This document shows, one piece after another, positions 19,276-27,955 of a stretch of DNA of 64,000 nt. Position 1 is the first letter of the stretch, and the number at the start of each line of letters is the position of its first letter. A program made the position numbers and the translations under genes. The notes under the pieces were generated by a model that did not search any database, was not told where the DNA came from, and saw only the letters and a list, made by a program, of their open reading frames with translations. This stretch comes from Thermoguttaceae bacterium (GTDB taxonomy: Bacteria > Planctomycetota > Planctomycetia > Pirellulales > Thermoguttaceae), in the NCBI GenBank assembly GCA_029975295.1, contig JARKPK010000029.1:49047-113046 (forward strand), written 5' to 3'.

Positions 19276-21452
19276 GCCCGCGGCCGCCCCGTTCGCCAAG
19301 TGAGCCAAGCCTCGACGCTCAGCAGCAGCAATACCCCCACCAACACCATCGCTGCGGCCGGCCCCGCAGCAGCGGCGGCAGCCCGATCAGGTCCGACCGC
19401 GGAAACGACCGCCGCTTCGATGCCGGCAGCCGCCTCGCCGCAGCCGAGCAACCGCACCGCCTCGTCGGCGGAAATCCGCGTCAGGTCGCTTTCACGAGGA
19501 TCGAGCGCCGCGGCGTAACGCAACGGCGCAACGCCGGAAGAGAACCGCACCGAGTACTCGCCCGCCCACCGCGCCGGTTCGGTGCTCCATCCTCTGGCAT
19601 CGCCCGCTGCCGGACGAACCTCCAGCGGCTTGGCGTCGGGCCCGACGACGCGAGGCAGCGACTCCTCCTCGGTCGGCATCTCGCCGGCGAGCGACTGGCC
19701 GACCAAAACGTTCCGCCGCTGCGCGCGGCCCGCCGAGCAGTAGAGCACGATCTCATGCACCAAGGGCACAAAACTCGGCCAAAGCGGCAGCCCGCCCCAG
19801 GCAACGTCGGCCGCAGCGCCCACGAGAACCACGCGGCCTCGGCCCGCACCGCCTGCCGCCACCAGCGGCTCGCCCCCGGCATGCGCCAAAACGACCTCGG
19901 CGGCGCGATTCGCCACGGGCAGCAGCGCCATGCTCGTTTCGATCGGGGTGGTCAGCAGGGCCGTCCGTCCGCGGCCCGAAAACGCTTTGACGATCGGGTG
20001 CCGAAAATCGAAGGCGTCGAGCGGGCCGGGCGGCTGTTGCACCGTTGGGCCGAGATCCATCGGCAGAATGTTCTCGCCCGCGCTTCCGAGCCGGCGGTTG
20101 TACCGCTCGGCCGAAACCCCTTCGCCCACAAAGATCGCCATCCCGCCCCCACGGCGCACATAGCGGGCCAGTCCGGCCGCCTCGGCCTGCGAAAAACGTC
20201 CCACGGCCGACAAGACCACGCAATCGTATTGATCCAAGTCGCGGGTGGTCAGCGCGCTTTCGTCCGCGATGTCGACGGCGATTCCGCCCGCATCGTCGGC
20301 CCCGGGCGCCAGGGCCGAGGCCAGGTAGGCCCCGCCTTGGCGGCGCGGCGGCAGGTCGGGCCGCCCCTCAACACAAAGCACCCGCATCACGGTGCGCACC
20401 GGGGCGACGATGGCCCGCTGGTCGTCGAGCGGCAAGTTGTCGGGGGCGGAGCGAACTTCTATCAGATGATCGCCGGGGGCGTCGAACCGAACCGCGAAGT
20501 CCACCGCCGTTTCCCCCCCGGGTTCGAGATCGACCCGGCGACGGTCGGCCACTCGGCCATCAACCCACAACTCCACGCCGACCCCGGGCCGCGCGCGGCG
20601 GCCGAACTGCTTGAGCACGCCGCGAACCCTCACCCGTCGCCCGACCAGCGGCGTCGCCTCGGCAAACTGCACGGCGGTGACGGCGGTGTTTTCGGCGGTA
20701 GGCGGAGTTCCGGCCACATCCACGATTCGCACGGCTGCGCGCCGGCCCAGTTCGGACATCCGCTGCTGAAACGGGGCCAGGCCCTCGCCCAGCGATTCGG
20801 CGGCCCAACTCCCTCGTTGCAAATCGGTGAAGAACACAACCTGCTGCGCGTCCACGTCGGCCCGCGCGGCCCGTCCGGCCTCGAGCGCCCGTTCAACCGC
20901 CGTCAGCGCGGCCGGCAAATCGAACGCCGAATGGCGAACGCCGACGGCGTCGAGCCTTGCGGCCAACTCGCCGAGGGCCGATGTCGGTTCGGTCACCATC
21001 GTTTCCGAGGCCGCCGAGGCCGCGACCAGCGAAAACAAGTCGGCCGGCGACGCCTGCGAAGCCAAACGCCGCGCCAGGGCCACCGCCCGATCCAGGCGGC
21101 GTCCTTCCTCTGATCGAAAGTCCATCGAATACGAACAGTCGATCACCAACACGTAGTGCGTCCGACCCGAGCCCGGCGCCCGAGCCACTGCCGGGCGGTG
21201 CAATGGCTCGGCCGCCGCGATGGCAATCAGCGACACTGCGGCAACGCGCGCCGCCAATACGGCAAGCCGCCAGAGGCGCGCCTGCCGCGTCTGCCGTTCG
21301 ATGGCGGCCGAGAGCAGCGACATGGCGGCCCACGGCTCGCGATGCCGCGCCGGACGACGCCAAAGGTGCAGGGCAATCGGCGCCGCGGCAGCCAACAACC
21401 ACCACAGCATCGAGGCGTTGCCGAATCCGATCGCCCACATCAGAAACACCAT
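19272..21452 (-). CDS. BatA-like protein: N-terminal double-TM aerotolerance-regulator domain, vWA domain, C-terminal TM
   Basis: The N-terminus MWAIGFGNASMLWWLLAAAAPIALHLW matches the BatA-N pattern. The vWA motif YVLVIDCSYSM is present, and a C-terminal hydrophobic anchor MVLVGVLLLLSVEAWL follows. Confidence 0.75.
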   Translation of the reverse strand: MVFLMWAIGFGNASMLWWLLAAAAPIALHLWRRPARHREPWAAMSLLSAAIERQTRQARLWRLAVLAARVAAVSLIAIAAAEPLHRPAVARAPGSGRTHYVLVIDCSYSMDFRSEEGRRLDRAVALARRLASQASPADLFSLVAASAASETMVTEPTSALGELAARLDAVGVRHSAFDLPAALTAVERALEAGRAARADVDAQQVVFFTDLQRGSWAAESLGEGLAPFQQRMSELGRRAAVRIVDVAGTPPTAENTAVTAVQFAEATPLVGRRVRVRGVLKQFGRRARPGVGVELWVDGRVADRRRVDLEPGGETAVDFAVRFDAPGDHLIEVRSAPDNLPLDDQRAIVAPVRTVMRVLCVEGRPDLPPRRQGGAYLASALAPGADDAGGIAVDIADESALTTRDLDQYDCVVLSAVGRFSQAEAAGLARYVRRGGGMAIFVGEGVSAERYNRRLGSAGENILPMDLGPTVQQPPGPLDAFDFRHPIVKAFSGRGRTALLTTPIETSMALLPVANRAAEVVLAHAGGEPLVAAGGAGRGRVVLVGAAADVAWGGLPLWPSFVPLVHEIVLYCSAGRAQRRNVLVGQSLAGEMPTEEESLPRVVGPDAKPLEVRPAAGDARGWSTEPARWAGEYSVRFSSGVAPLRYAAALDPRESDLTRISADEAVRLLGCGEAAAGIEAAVVSAVGPDRAAAAAAGPAAAMVLVGVLLLLSVEAWLTWRTGRPRA

Positions 21453-21672
21453 GACTATCGAATCTCAGATCGGTAACGATGCTCCCGGCCTATGCCGTTC
21501 CAGCGAGACTTGGCATCCCGTCGGTCGGCCTCGCAACATCGCTTGTCTGAGGCACAAGGAACCCGCTTATCTGAACCACGATGAACACCCTCTTGCATCC
21601 CGCCGCCGACACCCCTGCCAACCGAGCCGATCCGCGACGATTCGCCCCAGCCGACGAAGAGCCGCCGGCCGA

Positions 21673-22605
21673 TCACCTCGCCGTCACCCGGCCGCTCCGT
21701 CCGGCCAGGAACCGCGACAATACTCGGCCCAACGGCTGATCGGTTCTCAACAACACGTAATCGATTCCATGGGCGCGACACCCGCGACGGAGCCGATCGC
21801 AATGCGCATCGAACTCGCGGCGATAGGCTTCGCGGAGCGCATCGGCCTCGACCACCCGAGGCCCCCACCCTTCCAAACCGCGAAACTCAACGCGCCCTTG
21901 AAACGGAAAGAAGAACTCGGCTGAATCGAGCACGTGCATGGCAATCACTTCATGACGGCCGCGACGCAACAGCCTCAGCCCGGCCACCACGCGATCGACA
22001 TCATCGAAGAAGTCGCTCAACACCACCACAATTCCCCGCCGCGGCAAGCGATGCGCCAGCGCCTCGAAACAGCGCCGCGAATCGGTGCGGTGGATCGGCT
22101 GCTGACTCTCAAGCAACTCGCACACCACGCGCAGATGGTCGGCCGCGCCGCCCGGCCGCACCGCGCCGCGCAGTTGCTCGTCGAAGGCGATCGCCCCGAC
22201 AAAGTCGCCCTGGCGCAGCACCACATAAGCCAACGCCGCGGCCGCCCGCCGCGCATACGACAGCTTGCTTTCGCCGGCCTGGGGCCCCTGGTAACTCATG
22301 CTTTGGCTGACATCGAGCGCCAAGTAGCAGGTAAGATTCGTCTCTTGCTCGAACTGTTTCAAATAGAACTTGTCGGTTCGGCCGAACACCTTCCAATCGA
22401 GGTAGCGGAAGTCGTCGCCGGGGGTGTACTCGCGATGCTCGGCAAACTCGATGGAGAATCCCCGATACGGCCCGCGATGCAATCCGGAAAGCGGTCCCTC
22501 GACCATCCGTCGAGCGCGCAGCTTCAGCCCTTCGAGTTCGCGCGGCAGTCGCGGATCCAAGTAGTCGTGCAATCCGCCCATCGGCAATCTCTCCGGTCGG
22601 CTCAT
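21673..22605 (-). CDS. DUF58 family protein (vWA-like; MoxR partner)
   Basis: REYTPGDDFRYLDWKVFGRTDKFYLKQFEQE and LALDVSQSMSY are characteristic of DUF58 proteins, which sit downstream of MoxR. Confidence 0.8.
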   Translation of the reverse strand: MSRPERLPMGGLHDYLDPRLPRELEGLKLRARRMVEGPLSGLHRGPYRGFSIEFAEHREYTPGDDFRYLDWKVFGRTDKFYLKQFEQETNLTCYLALDVSQSMSYQGPQAGESKLSYARRAAAALAYVVLRQGDFVGAIAFDEQLRGAVRPGGAADHLRVVCELLESQQPIHRTDSRRCFEALAHRLPRRGIVVVLSDFFDDVDRVVAGLRLLRRGRHEVIAMHVLDSAEFFFPFQGRVEFRGLEGWGPRVVEADALREAYRREFDAHCDRLRRGCRAHGIDYVLLRTDQPLGRVLSRFLAGRSGRVTAR

Positions 22606-22819
22606 CCACGGCCCTGCAATGGCCCTTCGCCGGCAGCGGCCAACGCCGCCCAAGCTGCCGCAAATTTGCTTTCGGCTTCCAACAACCTCGCACTCCGCCG
22701 CGTTGGTCGCTGCCGATCGTCAGAAAAGGCGCGGTCCAGCGGGTTCGCGCCTTCGGCGGCAACGCCGGCAACAACCAGCTCGCCCACCCGTCGGCCCGAT
22801 GCTCACCTTGCTCCAAGGC

Positions 22820-23860
22820 TCATGGGCGGCGAAGCACCGGGTCGTCGGCCGACCGGCCCGCACCGGCCGAAGCCAGTTCGAGCAACTCGCCGACAATCCG
22901 CTCCGGACGAACGCCTTCGGCCTCGGCATTGAAATTGACGATGATGCGATGCCTCAGCACCGGCAGCGCCACGGCTTGCAGATCATCCACGGTCGGATGC
23001 AGTCGTCCTTGCAACGCCGCGCGGGCTTTGGCCCCAAGCACCAAGCTTTGAGCGGCCCGCGGCCCAGCTCCCCAAGTGACGAACTCCCGCACGAGCGCCG
23101 GGGCTTGCGGATGGCTCGGCCTACTCAGCCGCACCACCCGCAGGGCAAATCGCAACACGTGCTCGGCCGCCGGCAAGCGGCGCACCAACCGCTGCATTTG
23201 AACGATCGAGGCGCCGTCGAGCAGCGGCGACACCGCCGGCTCGTCTTCGACCGTGGTGCGGCGGACCACCTCGAGTTCCTCGTCTTCATTCGGATAGTCG
23301 ACGCAGGTGTAGAGCATGAACCGGTCGAGCTGCGCCTCGGGCAGCGGGTAGGTGCCCTCTTGCTCGATCGGGTTCTGAGTGGCCAGCACAAAAAACGGCT
23401 GCGCCAATTCGTGCCGACGCCCGCCCGCGGTAACCTGATACTCTTGCATCGCTTCGAGCAAGGCCGCTTGCGTTTTCGGCGGGGCACGATTGATCTCGTC
23501 GGCCAAGATCACATTGCCGAACAGCGGCCCCCGCAAAAACCGAAACTCGCGCAACCCGCTCTGCCGATCCTCTTGGATCACCTCCGTGCCGGTGATGTCG
23601 GCCGGCATCAGGTCGGGCGTAAACTGGATGCGACGGAAGTCCAACGTCAGCGCCCCGGCCAGCGTCCGCACCAACAGCGTTTTCGCCAGCCCGGGCACGC
23701 CTTCGAGCAGGCAATGTCCGCGGGCAAACAAAGCGATCAACAACTCGTCAATCACTCCCGCCTGCCCCACGATCACCCGAGCCAACTCGGCCTTCATCTG
23801 CTGATAGGCTTGGTGAAGTCGGGCCACCGCCTGCACGTCGTCGCGATCCGATGGCGTCAT
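22820..23860 (-). CDS. moxR: MoxR-family AAA+ ATPase
   Basis: Walker A GVPGLAKT, Walker B ILADEINRAPPKTQAALLEAMQE, and the typical MoxR length and C-terminal helical region are present. The start is taken at MTPSDRDD (ATG at 23860). Confidence 0.9.
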   Translation of the reverse strand: MTPSDRDDVQAVARLHQAYQQMKAELARVIVGQAGVIDELLIALFARGHCLLEGVPGLAKTLLVRTLAGALTLDFRRIQFTPDLMPADITGTEVIQEDRQSGLREFRFLRGPLFGNVILADEINRAPPKTQAALLEAMQEYQVTAGGRRHELAQPFFVLATQNPIEQEGTYPLPEAQLDRFMLYTCVDYPNEDEELEVVRRTTVEDEPAVSPLLDGASIVQMQRLVRRLPAAEHVLRFALRVVRLSRPSHPQAPALVREFVTWGAGPRAAQSLVLGAKARAALQGRLHPTVDDLQAVALPVLRHRIIVNFNAEAEGVRPERIVGELLELASAGAGRSADDPVLRRP

Positions 23861-24035
23861 AGGTTGATCCACACCATAGATGATCCCTCGCGGCAACCTC
23901 GGCGCGCCGTGCGTCCCCGGTCGATCGCCGCAGCAGCACGAATGCCGGCCCGGTCCGGCCGTTCAGTACACGGCAACTCCCGCAAGGCCCTGCCGCGGTT
24001 GCGGACCGCCGATCGTCATGTCGATGACAAGATCG

Positions 24036-24041
24036 ATTATA
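24036..24041 (-). promoter_or_regulatory. Perfect TATAAT -10 hexamer about 170 nt upstream of moxR (candidate operon promoter)
   Basis: ATTATA on the plus strand at 24036-24041 lies in the moxR/ispA divergent intergenic region. I saw no strong -35 element. Confidence 0.25.
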
Positions 24042-24658
24042 GAACCGTCAGTGCTTAGGCGAAAGCAGGGCGCGACTGCGCCGAAGGACTTGTGGCCGCA
24101 CCGTGCCGCGGCCGACCGGATCGCCGCGCAACTGGCACACTAAGACGCAAATTCGCCGCACATCGCCTCGTTTGCGTGAAGCGCCGCAACAAGCGATATC
24201 GCCCCCGCCCGGTCGACTCCCCGCTCGGACCTCGACCAAGACACCGCCGGCCGCATCGAGAACACCGCAACCACGGCATCCGTACAAACAAGAGCAGGGA
24301 GTTGCCGCTTGCCGGTTCAGGCGGCAGTCGGGCGGTCCGCGCCGTAGACGAAGCCTGCCGATCGGCTTAGAATGAAGGGTTGAAGGTTCATCGGTCGGTC
24401 CGCGCTGCCAAGGCCTGCCAAGGGCGAACCGTTGCCGCTGGGCAAACAGTGTTCGCCAAGCAGCGGCCGCTCGCCCGAAGGCGAACGGTGCGTCTCGGGG
24501 GCGATCGGCGCCGTTCGACCCTGAAACCAGAACCGTTCGGCCGGACGCCGGCGCGTCGGTCGAACCGGGCTGCCGCTGGTCGGCCGCGTTGCGTTGTTCG
24601 CCCTTGGGGGCGAGTGCTGAAGTTCTATCCGCCGTTCTCGCCGCTCCATCGTTTCGTC

Positions 24659-25714
24659 ATGCCTGAGCTTGCCGAAATCGCATTCGCCGAACATGCCGCG
24701 CGATTGGGGCCGCAAATCGAGTCGGCGCTCGACGAAATGTCGCGCTGGGGCGATGGCTGCCCGGCCCGTCTGGCCGAGGCGATGCGCTACAGCCTGTTGG
24801 CCCCGGGCAAGCGCGTGCGTCCCCTGCTGGCCCTGATGGCCGCCGAAGCGTGCGCGGGCTCGCCCGAGGCGGCCCTGCCGGCGGCAGCGGCCGTGGAAAT
24901 GGTCCACGCCTATTCGCTGATCCACGACGATCTGCCGGCAATGGACGACGACGACCTCCGTCGCGGTCGGCCGACCTGCCATGTGGCCTTCGGCGAAGCG
25001 ACCGCCATTTTGGCCGGTGACGGGCTGTTGGCCGCCGCATTTGAACTGCTTGCCACCCGATTGATGCCGCCCGAGGCGGGCTGGGCGGGCTGCGCTGTGC
25101 TGGCGCAGGCGGCTGGCCCCTGCCGATTGGTCGGCGGTCAGGCCGACGATCTTGATCCGGCCCGCACGCCCGATCTACCCACGCTGCAATCGATTCATCA
25201 ACGGAAGACCGGCGCGCTGATCCGCGTATCGCTCCGCCTGGGCGCCCTGTCGGCAGTGCGCGGCCCGGTGTCGCCCGCGCTGTGGCGAGCGGCATCGCGG
25301 CTCGGAAGCCCAACGCCGATCTCCGTGGAGAAAGAGGCCGGCGACGGCGAGCCCTCGTTTTCTGCCGAAACCGACGCTCATGCGGCCGGCCTTCCGCCCG
25401 CTTCGGCCGAGGCCGACCGTCCCTGGCTGGCCCACCTGGCCGCCCTCGATCATTATGGGGCCCGCTTAGGGCTGGCCTTCCAAATTGTTGACGATCTGCT
25501 CGATGTTCGCGGTCGTTCCGAAGCCGCCGGCAAGCGGCTGGGAAAGGATTCGGCCGCGGGCAAGCTCACCTATCCGAGTTTGTTGGGCACGGAAGCCGCC
25601 GAACGCCTGGCGCGCCAACTGATCGACCGGGCCATTGAAGCCCTGGCCTTGCTGCCTGGGCCGACGCACGGCCTGGAATCGCTGGCGCGCTACGTTATCG
25701 AGCGGAATCGATAA
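24659..25714 (+). CDS. ispA: Polyprenyl diphosphate synthase (FPP/GGPP synthase, IspA family)
   Basis: The first aspartate-rich motif IHDDLPAMDDDDLRRGRPT and the second motif QIVDDLLDV are present. An ATG at 24659 is preferred over the ORF-track start at 24380, whose 93 extra residues are Arg-rich junk. An AGAAGG Shine-Dalgarno for dxs follows the stop. Confidence 0.85.
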   Translation: MPELAEIAFAEHAARLGPQIESALDEMSRWGDGCPARLAEAMRYSLLAPGKRVRPLLALMAAEACAGSPEAALPAAAAVEMVHAYSLIHDDLPAMDDDDLRRGRPTCHVAFGEATAILAGDGLLAAAFELLATRLMPPEAGWAGCAVLAQAAGPCRLVGGQADDLDPARTPDLPTLQSIHQRKTGALIRVSLRLGALSAVRGPVSPALWRAASRLGSPTPISVEKEAGDGEPSFSAETDAHAAGLPPASAEADRPWLAHLAALDHYGARLGLAFQIVDDLLDVRGRSEAAGKRLGKDSAAGKLTYPSLLGTEAAERLARQLIDRAIEALALLPGPTHGLESLARYVIERNR

Positions 25715-25728
25715 GAAGGTTTCTCTGC

Positions 25729-27645
25729 ATGGAAAAGATACTCCCGACCATCCATTCCCCCGACGATCTGGCGAAGCTCTCCGATGCGCAGCTTCCGCAA
25801 TTGGCCGACGAAATTCGCGAGGCCCTTTGCTCGCTGGTCAGCACGCGGTCGGCCCATTTCGCGTCGAATCTTGGAGTGGTCGAGTTGGCCATCGCCTTGC
25901 ACACGTCGTTCGATTTCCGCGTCGATCGGCTCATCTGGGACACCGGTCATCAGGTGTATCCGCACAAATTGCTCACCGGCCGTTACGACGAGTTCCCCAC
26001 CATCCGCAGCAAGGGCGGGCTGATGGGCTACCCCAATCCGGCCGAAAGCGAATACGACCTCTTCCTCACCGGACACGCCGGGTGCAGCGTATCGACGGCG
26101 TTGGGCCTGCGCTGCGGCGACGAGTTGGCTCGTCCCGCCCAGCCGCGCAACGTCGTAGCTGTTATCGGCGACGGATCGTTCATGTCGGGCATCGTCGTCG
26201 AGGCGATGAACAACGCCGGCGGCCTGAAGAAAAACCTCATCGTCGTGCTCAACGACAACAAGATGTCGATCTGCCCTCGCGTCGGCGGGTTGGCCGAGTC
26301 GCTCGATCGATTGCGGATGGCCCCGTTCTACACCGGCCTGAAGGCCGAAGTGCAACGGCTGCTCGGCCGCCTGCCCGTCTTCGGCGACCCCGTTGAACGG
26401 CTGATCAGCCAGGTCAAGGCCGCGATGAAAGCGGGCCTGTTGGGCGGCATGTTCTTCGAGGAACTCGGTTTCCGCTACATCGGACCGGTTGACGGGCACA
26501 ACATCAAGCAGTTGCAAAAGTACCTGAGCATGGTCCGCCAGTTCCAAGGCCCGGTGCTCTTGCATGTGGTTACCGAGAAGGGGCATGGCTACGAGCCGGC
26601 GGCTGCCGATCCAACCGGTTTCCATGCCCCGCCGCCGCTGTCGGCCGACAACAACGGGGCGATCGCCGCACGCAGCACCCGCGCCGTTTCCTACACCGAA
26701 GTCGTTCGCGACGCCCTGCTCGATCGGATGCGCCGCGATCCGCGCGTGGTGGTGATTACGGCCGCGATGTGCCAAGGCAACATGCTCGAGCCGATCCGCG
26801 ACCAGTTCCCCACTCGGTTCTTCGACGTGGGCATTTGCGAGTCGCACGCCGTGGCGTTCGCGGCCGGGCTGGCCAAGGCCGGATTGCGCCCGGTCGTCGA
26901 TATCTACAGCACGTTCGTCCAACGCGCGTACGACCAGATATTCCAAGAGGCCTCGCTGGCGGATCTGCCGATTCTCTTTCTGCTCGATCGAGCGGGTTTG
27001 GTCGGGCCCGACGGACCGACCCATCACGGCGTTTTCGACCTGACTTTCTTGCGCCCGTTCCCCAATCTGGTCGTATTGGCACCGGGCGACAAAGCCGATG
27101 CCGCCGCCATGGTCGAGTGGGCCTTCGATTGTCCGCACCCAACGGCCATCCGCTATCCGAAGGCCGCGGCCGAGCTGCTGCGGCCCGACGCCGCGCCGAT
27201 CGAACTGGGAGCGGCCGAAGTGTTGCGCCGCGGACCCGACGGCGCGATTGTCGCCTGCGGCACGCTGGCGGGCGCGGCGTTGAAGGCGGCCAAGCGGTTC
27301 GCAGCCGACGGACGACGGCTCACGGTGGTCAACGCCCGGTTCGCCAAGCCGCTCGACGCTCAGACGCTGCTTTCGGTGATCGAGGAGTCTCCCTGGACGC
27401 TAACGATCGAAGAGGGCCAGCTCCAGGGCGGTTTCGGCAGCGCCGTGCTCGAAGCGGCCAACGACGCCGGGCTCGACACGCGGCGGATCGTCCGGCTGGG
27501 AATCCCCGATCGCTACATCGAACACGGCGAGCGCGACGAATTGCTTTCCGACCTGGGGCTCGACGCCGCCGGAATCGTCGCCGCCTGCCGCAAGGCCATG
27601 GCCCGCCGCAGCCAACGCGAAGCCGACCGGCTCCGCGTCATCTGA
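25729..27645 (+). CDS. dxs: 1-deoxy-D-xylulose-5-phosphate synthase
   Basis: Full-length Dxs similarity, including the LLxxIxxPxDLK N-terminus, the GHxG TPP-binding region DTGHQVYPHKLLTGR, GDG...NDN, and a transketolase-like C-terminus. The gene is 14 nt downstream of ispA, the classic ispA-dxs arrangement. Confidence 0.95.
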   Translation: MEKILPTIHSPDDLAKLSDAQLPQLADEIREALCSLVSTRSAHFASNLGVVELAIALHTSFDFRVDRLIWDTGHQVYPHKLLTGRYDEFPTIRSKGGLMGYPNPAESEYDLFLTGHAGCSVSTALGLRCGDELARPAQPRNVVAVIGDGSFMSGIVVEAMNNAGGLKKNLIVVLNDNKMSICPRVGGLAESLDRLRMAPFYTGLKAEVQRLLGRLPVFGDPVERLISQVKAAMKAGLLGGMFFEELGFRYIGPVDGHNIKQLQKYLSMVRQFQGPVLLHVVTEKGHGYEPAAADPTGFHAPPPLSADNNGAIAARSTRAVSYTEVVRDALLDRMRRDPRVVVITAAMCQGNMLEPIRDQFPTRFFDVGICESHAVAFAAGLAKAGLRPVVDIYSTFVQRAYDQIFQEASLADLPILFLLDRAGLVGPDGPTHHGVFDLTFLRPFPNLVVLAPGDKADAAAMVEWAFDCPHPTAIRYPKAAAELLRPDAAPIELGAAEVLRRGPDGAIVACGTLAGAALKAAKRFAADGRRLTVVNARFAKPLDAQTLLSVIEESPWTLTIEEGQLQGGFGSAVLEAANDAGLDTRRIVRLGIPDRYIEHGERDELLSDLGLDAAGIVAACRKAMARRSQREADRLRVI

Positions 27646-27784
27646 GCGAAACCGCAGAAAGCCGCGAGCGATTCGGCCGGACAAGAAGTAATCCCCGCGA
27701 TTAGCCGCGCGGGCCGCCGCCTTCTCCTCCGACGCGCGGAGATTTGCGTGCTTGGCCGACGATTCCCACAGCGCCATCGCGATT

Positions 27785-27820
27785 CCGGCGCCGCCCCTGC
27801 TACCGGCGCCGCCCCTGCTG
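27785..27820. repeat. Two tandem copies of an 18-bp unit (CCGGCGCCGCCCCTGCTA/G) in the dxs / oxidoreductase convergent spacer
   Basis: I read this directly from the sequence. Confidence 0.6.
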
Positions 27821-27879
27821 CCCCGATGCCGCCGCTCCCGAAGCTCTCTGCCCAACGGCCGCGCAGGCAAAAAAGAGTG

Positions 27880-27909
27880 CCGGCGGCAGGCTGCCGCGCC
27901 TACCGCCGG
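27880..27909. terminator. Candidate bidirectional terminator hairpin (CCGGCGG...CCGCCGG with nested GCAGGCTGC, A-run upstream and T-rich downstream)
   Basis: An inverted repeat with flanking AAAAAA on the 5' side and TTCAGATCGTTCTT on the 3' side lies between the convergent dxs and the Gfo/Idh/MocA gene. Confidence 0.35.
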
Positions 27910-27955
27910 ATTCAGATCGTTCTTGATCGAAGCAAACGAGTCGTCAAGCCGGCAA

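Noticed and set aside
24380-24658. N-terminal 93-codon extension of the ispA ORF
   Set aside because: It is Arg-rich junk before a clean ATG at 24659, and the ispA similarity begins only at MPELAEIAF.
25600-25730. TPP riboswitch upstream of dxs
   Set aside because: dxs follows ispA by 14 nt with only an SD, and there is no CUGAGA-type TPP core.
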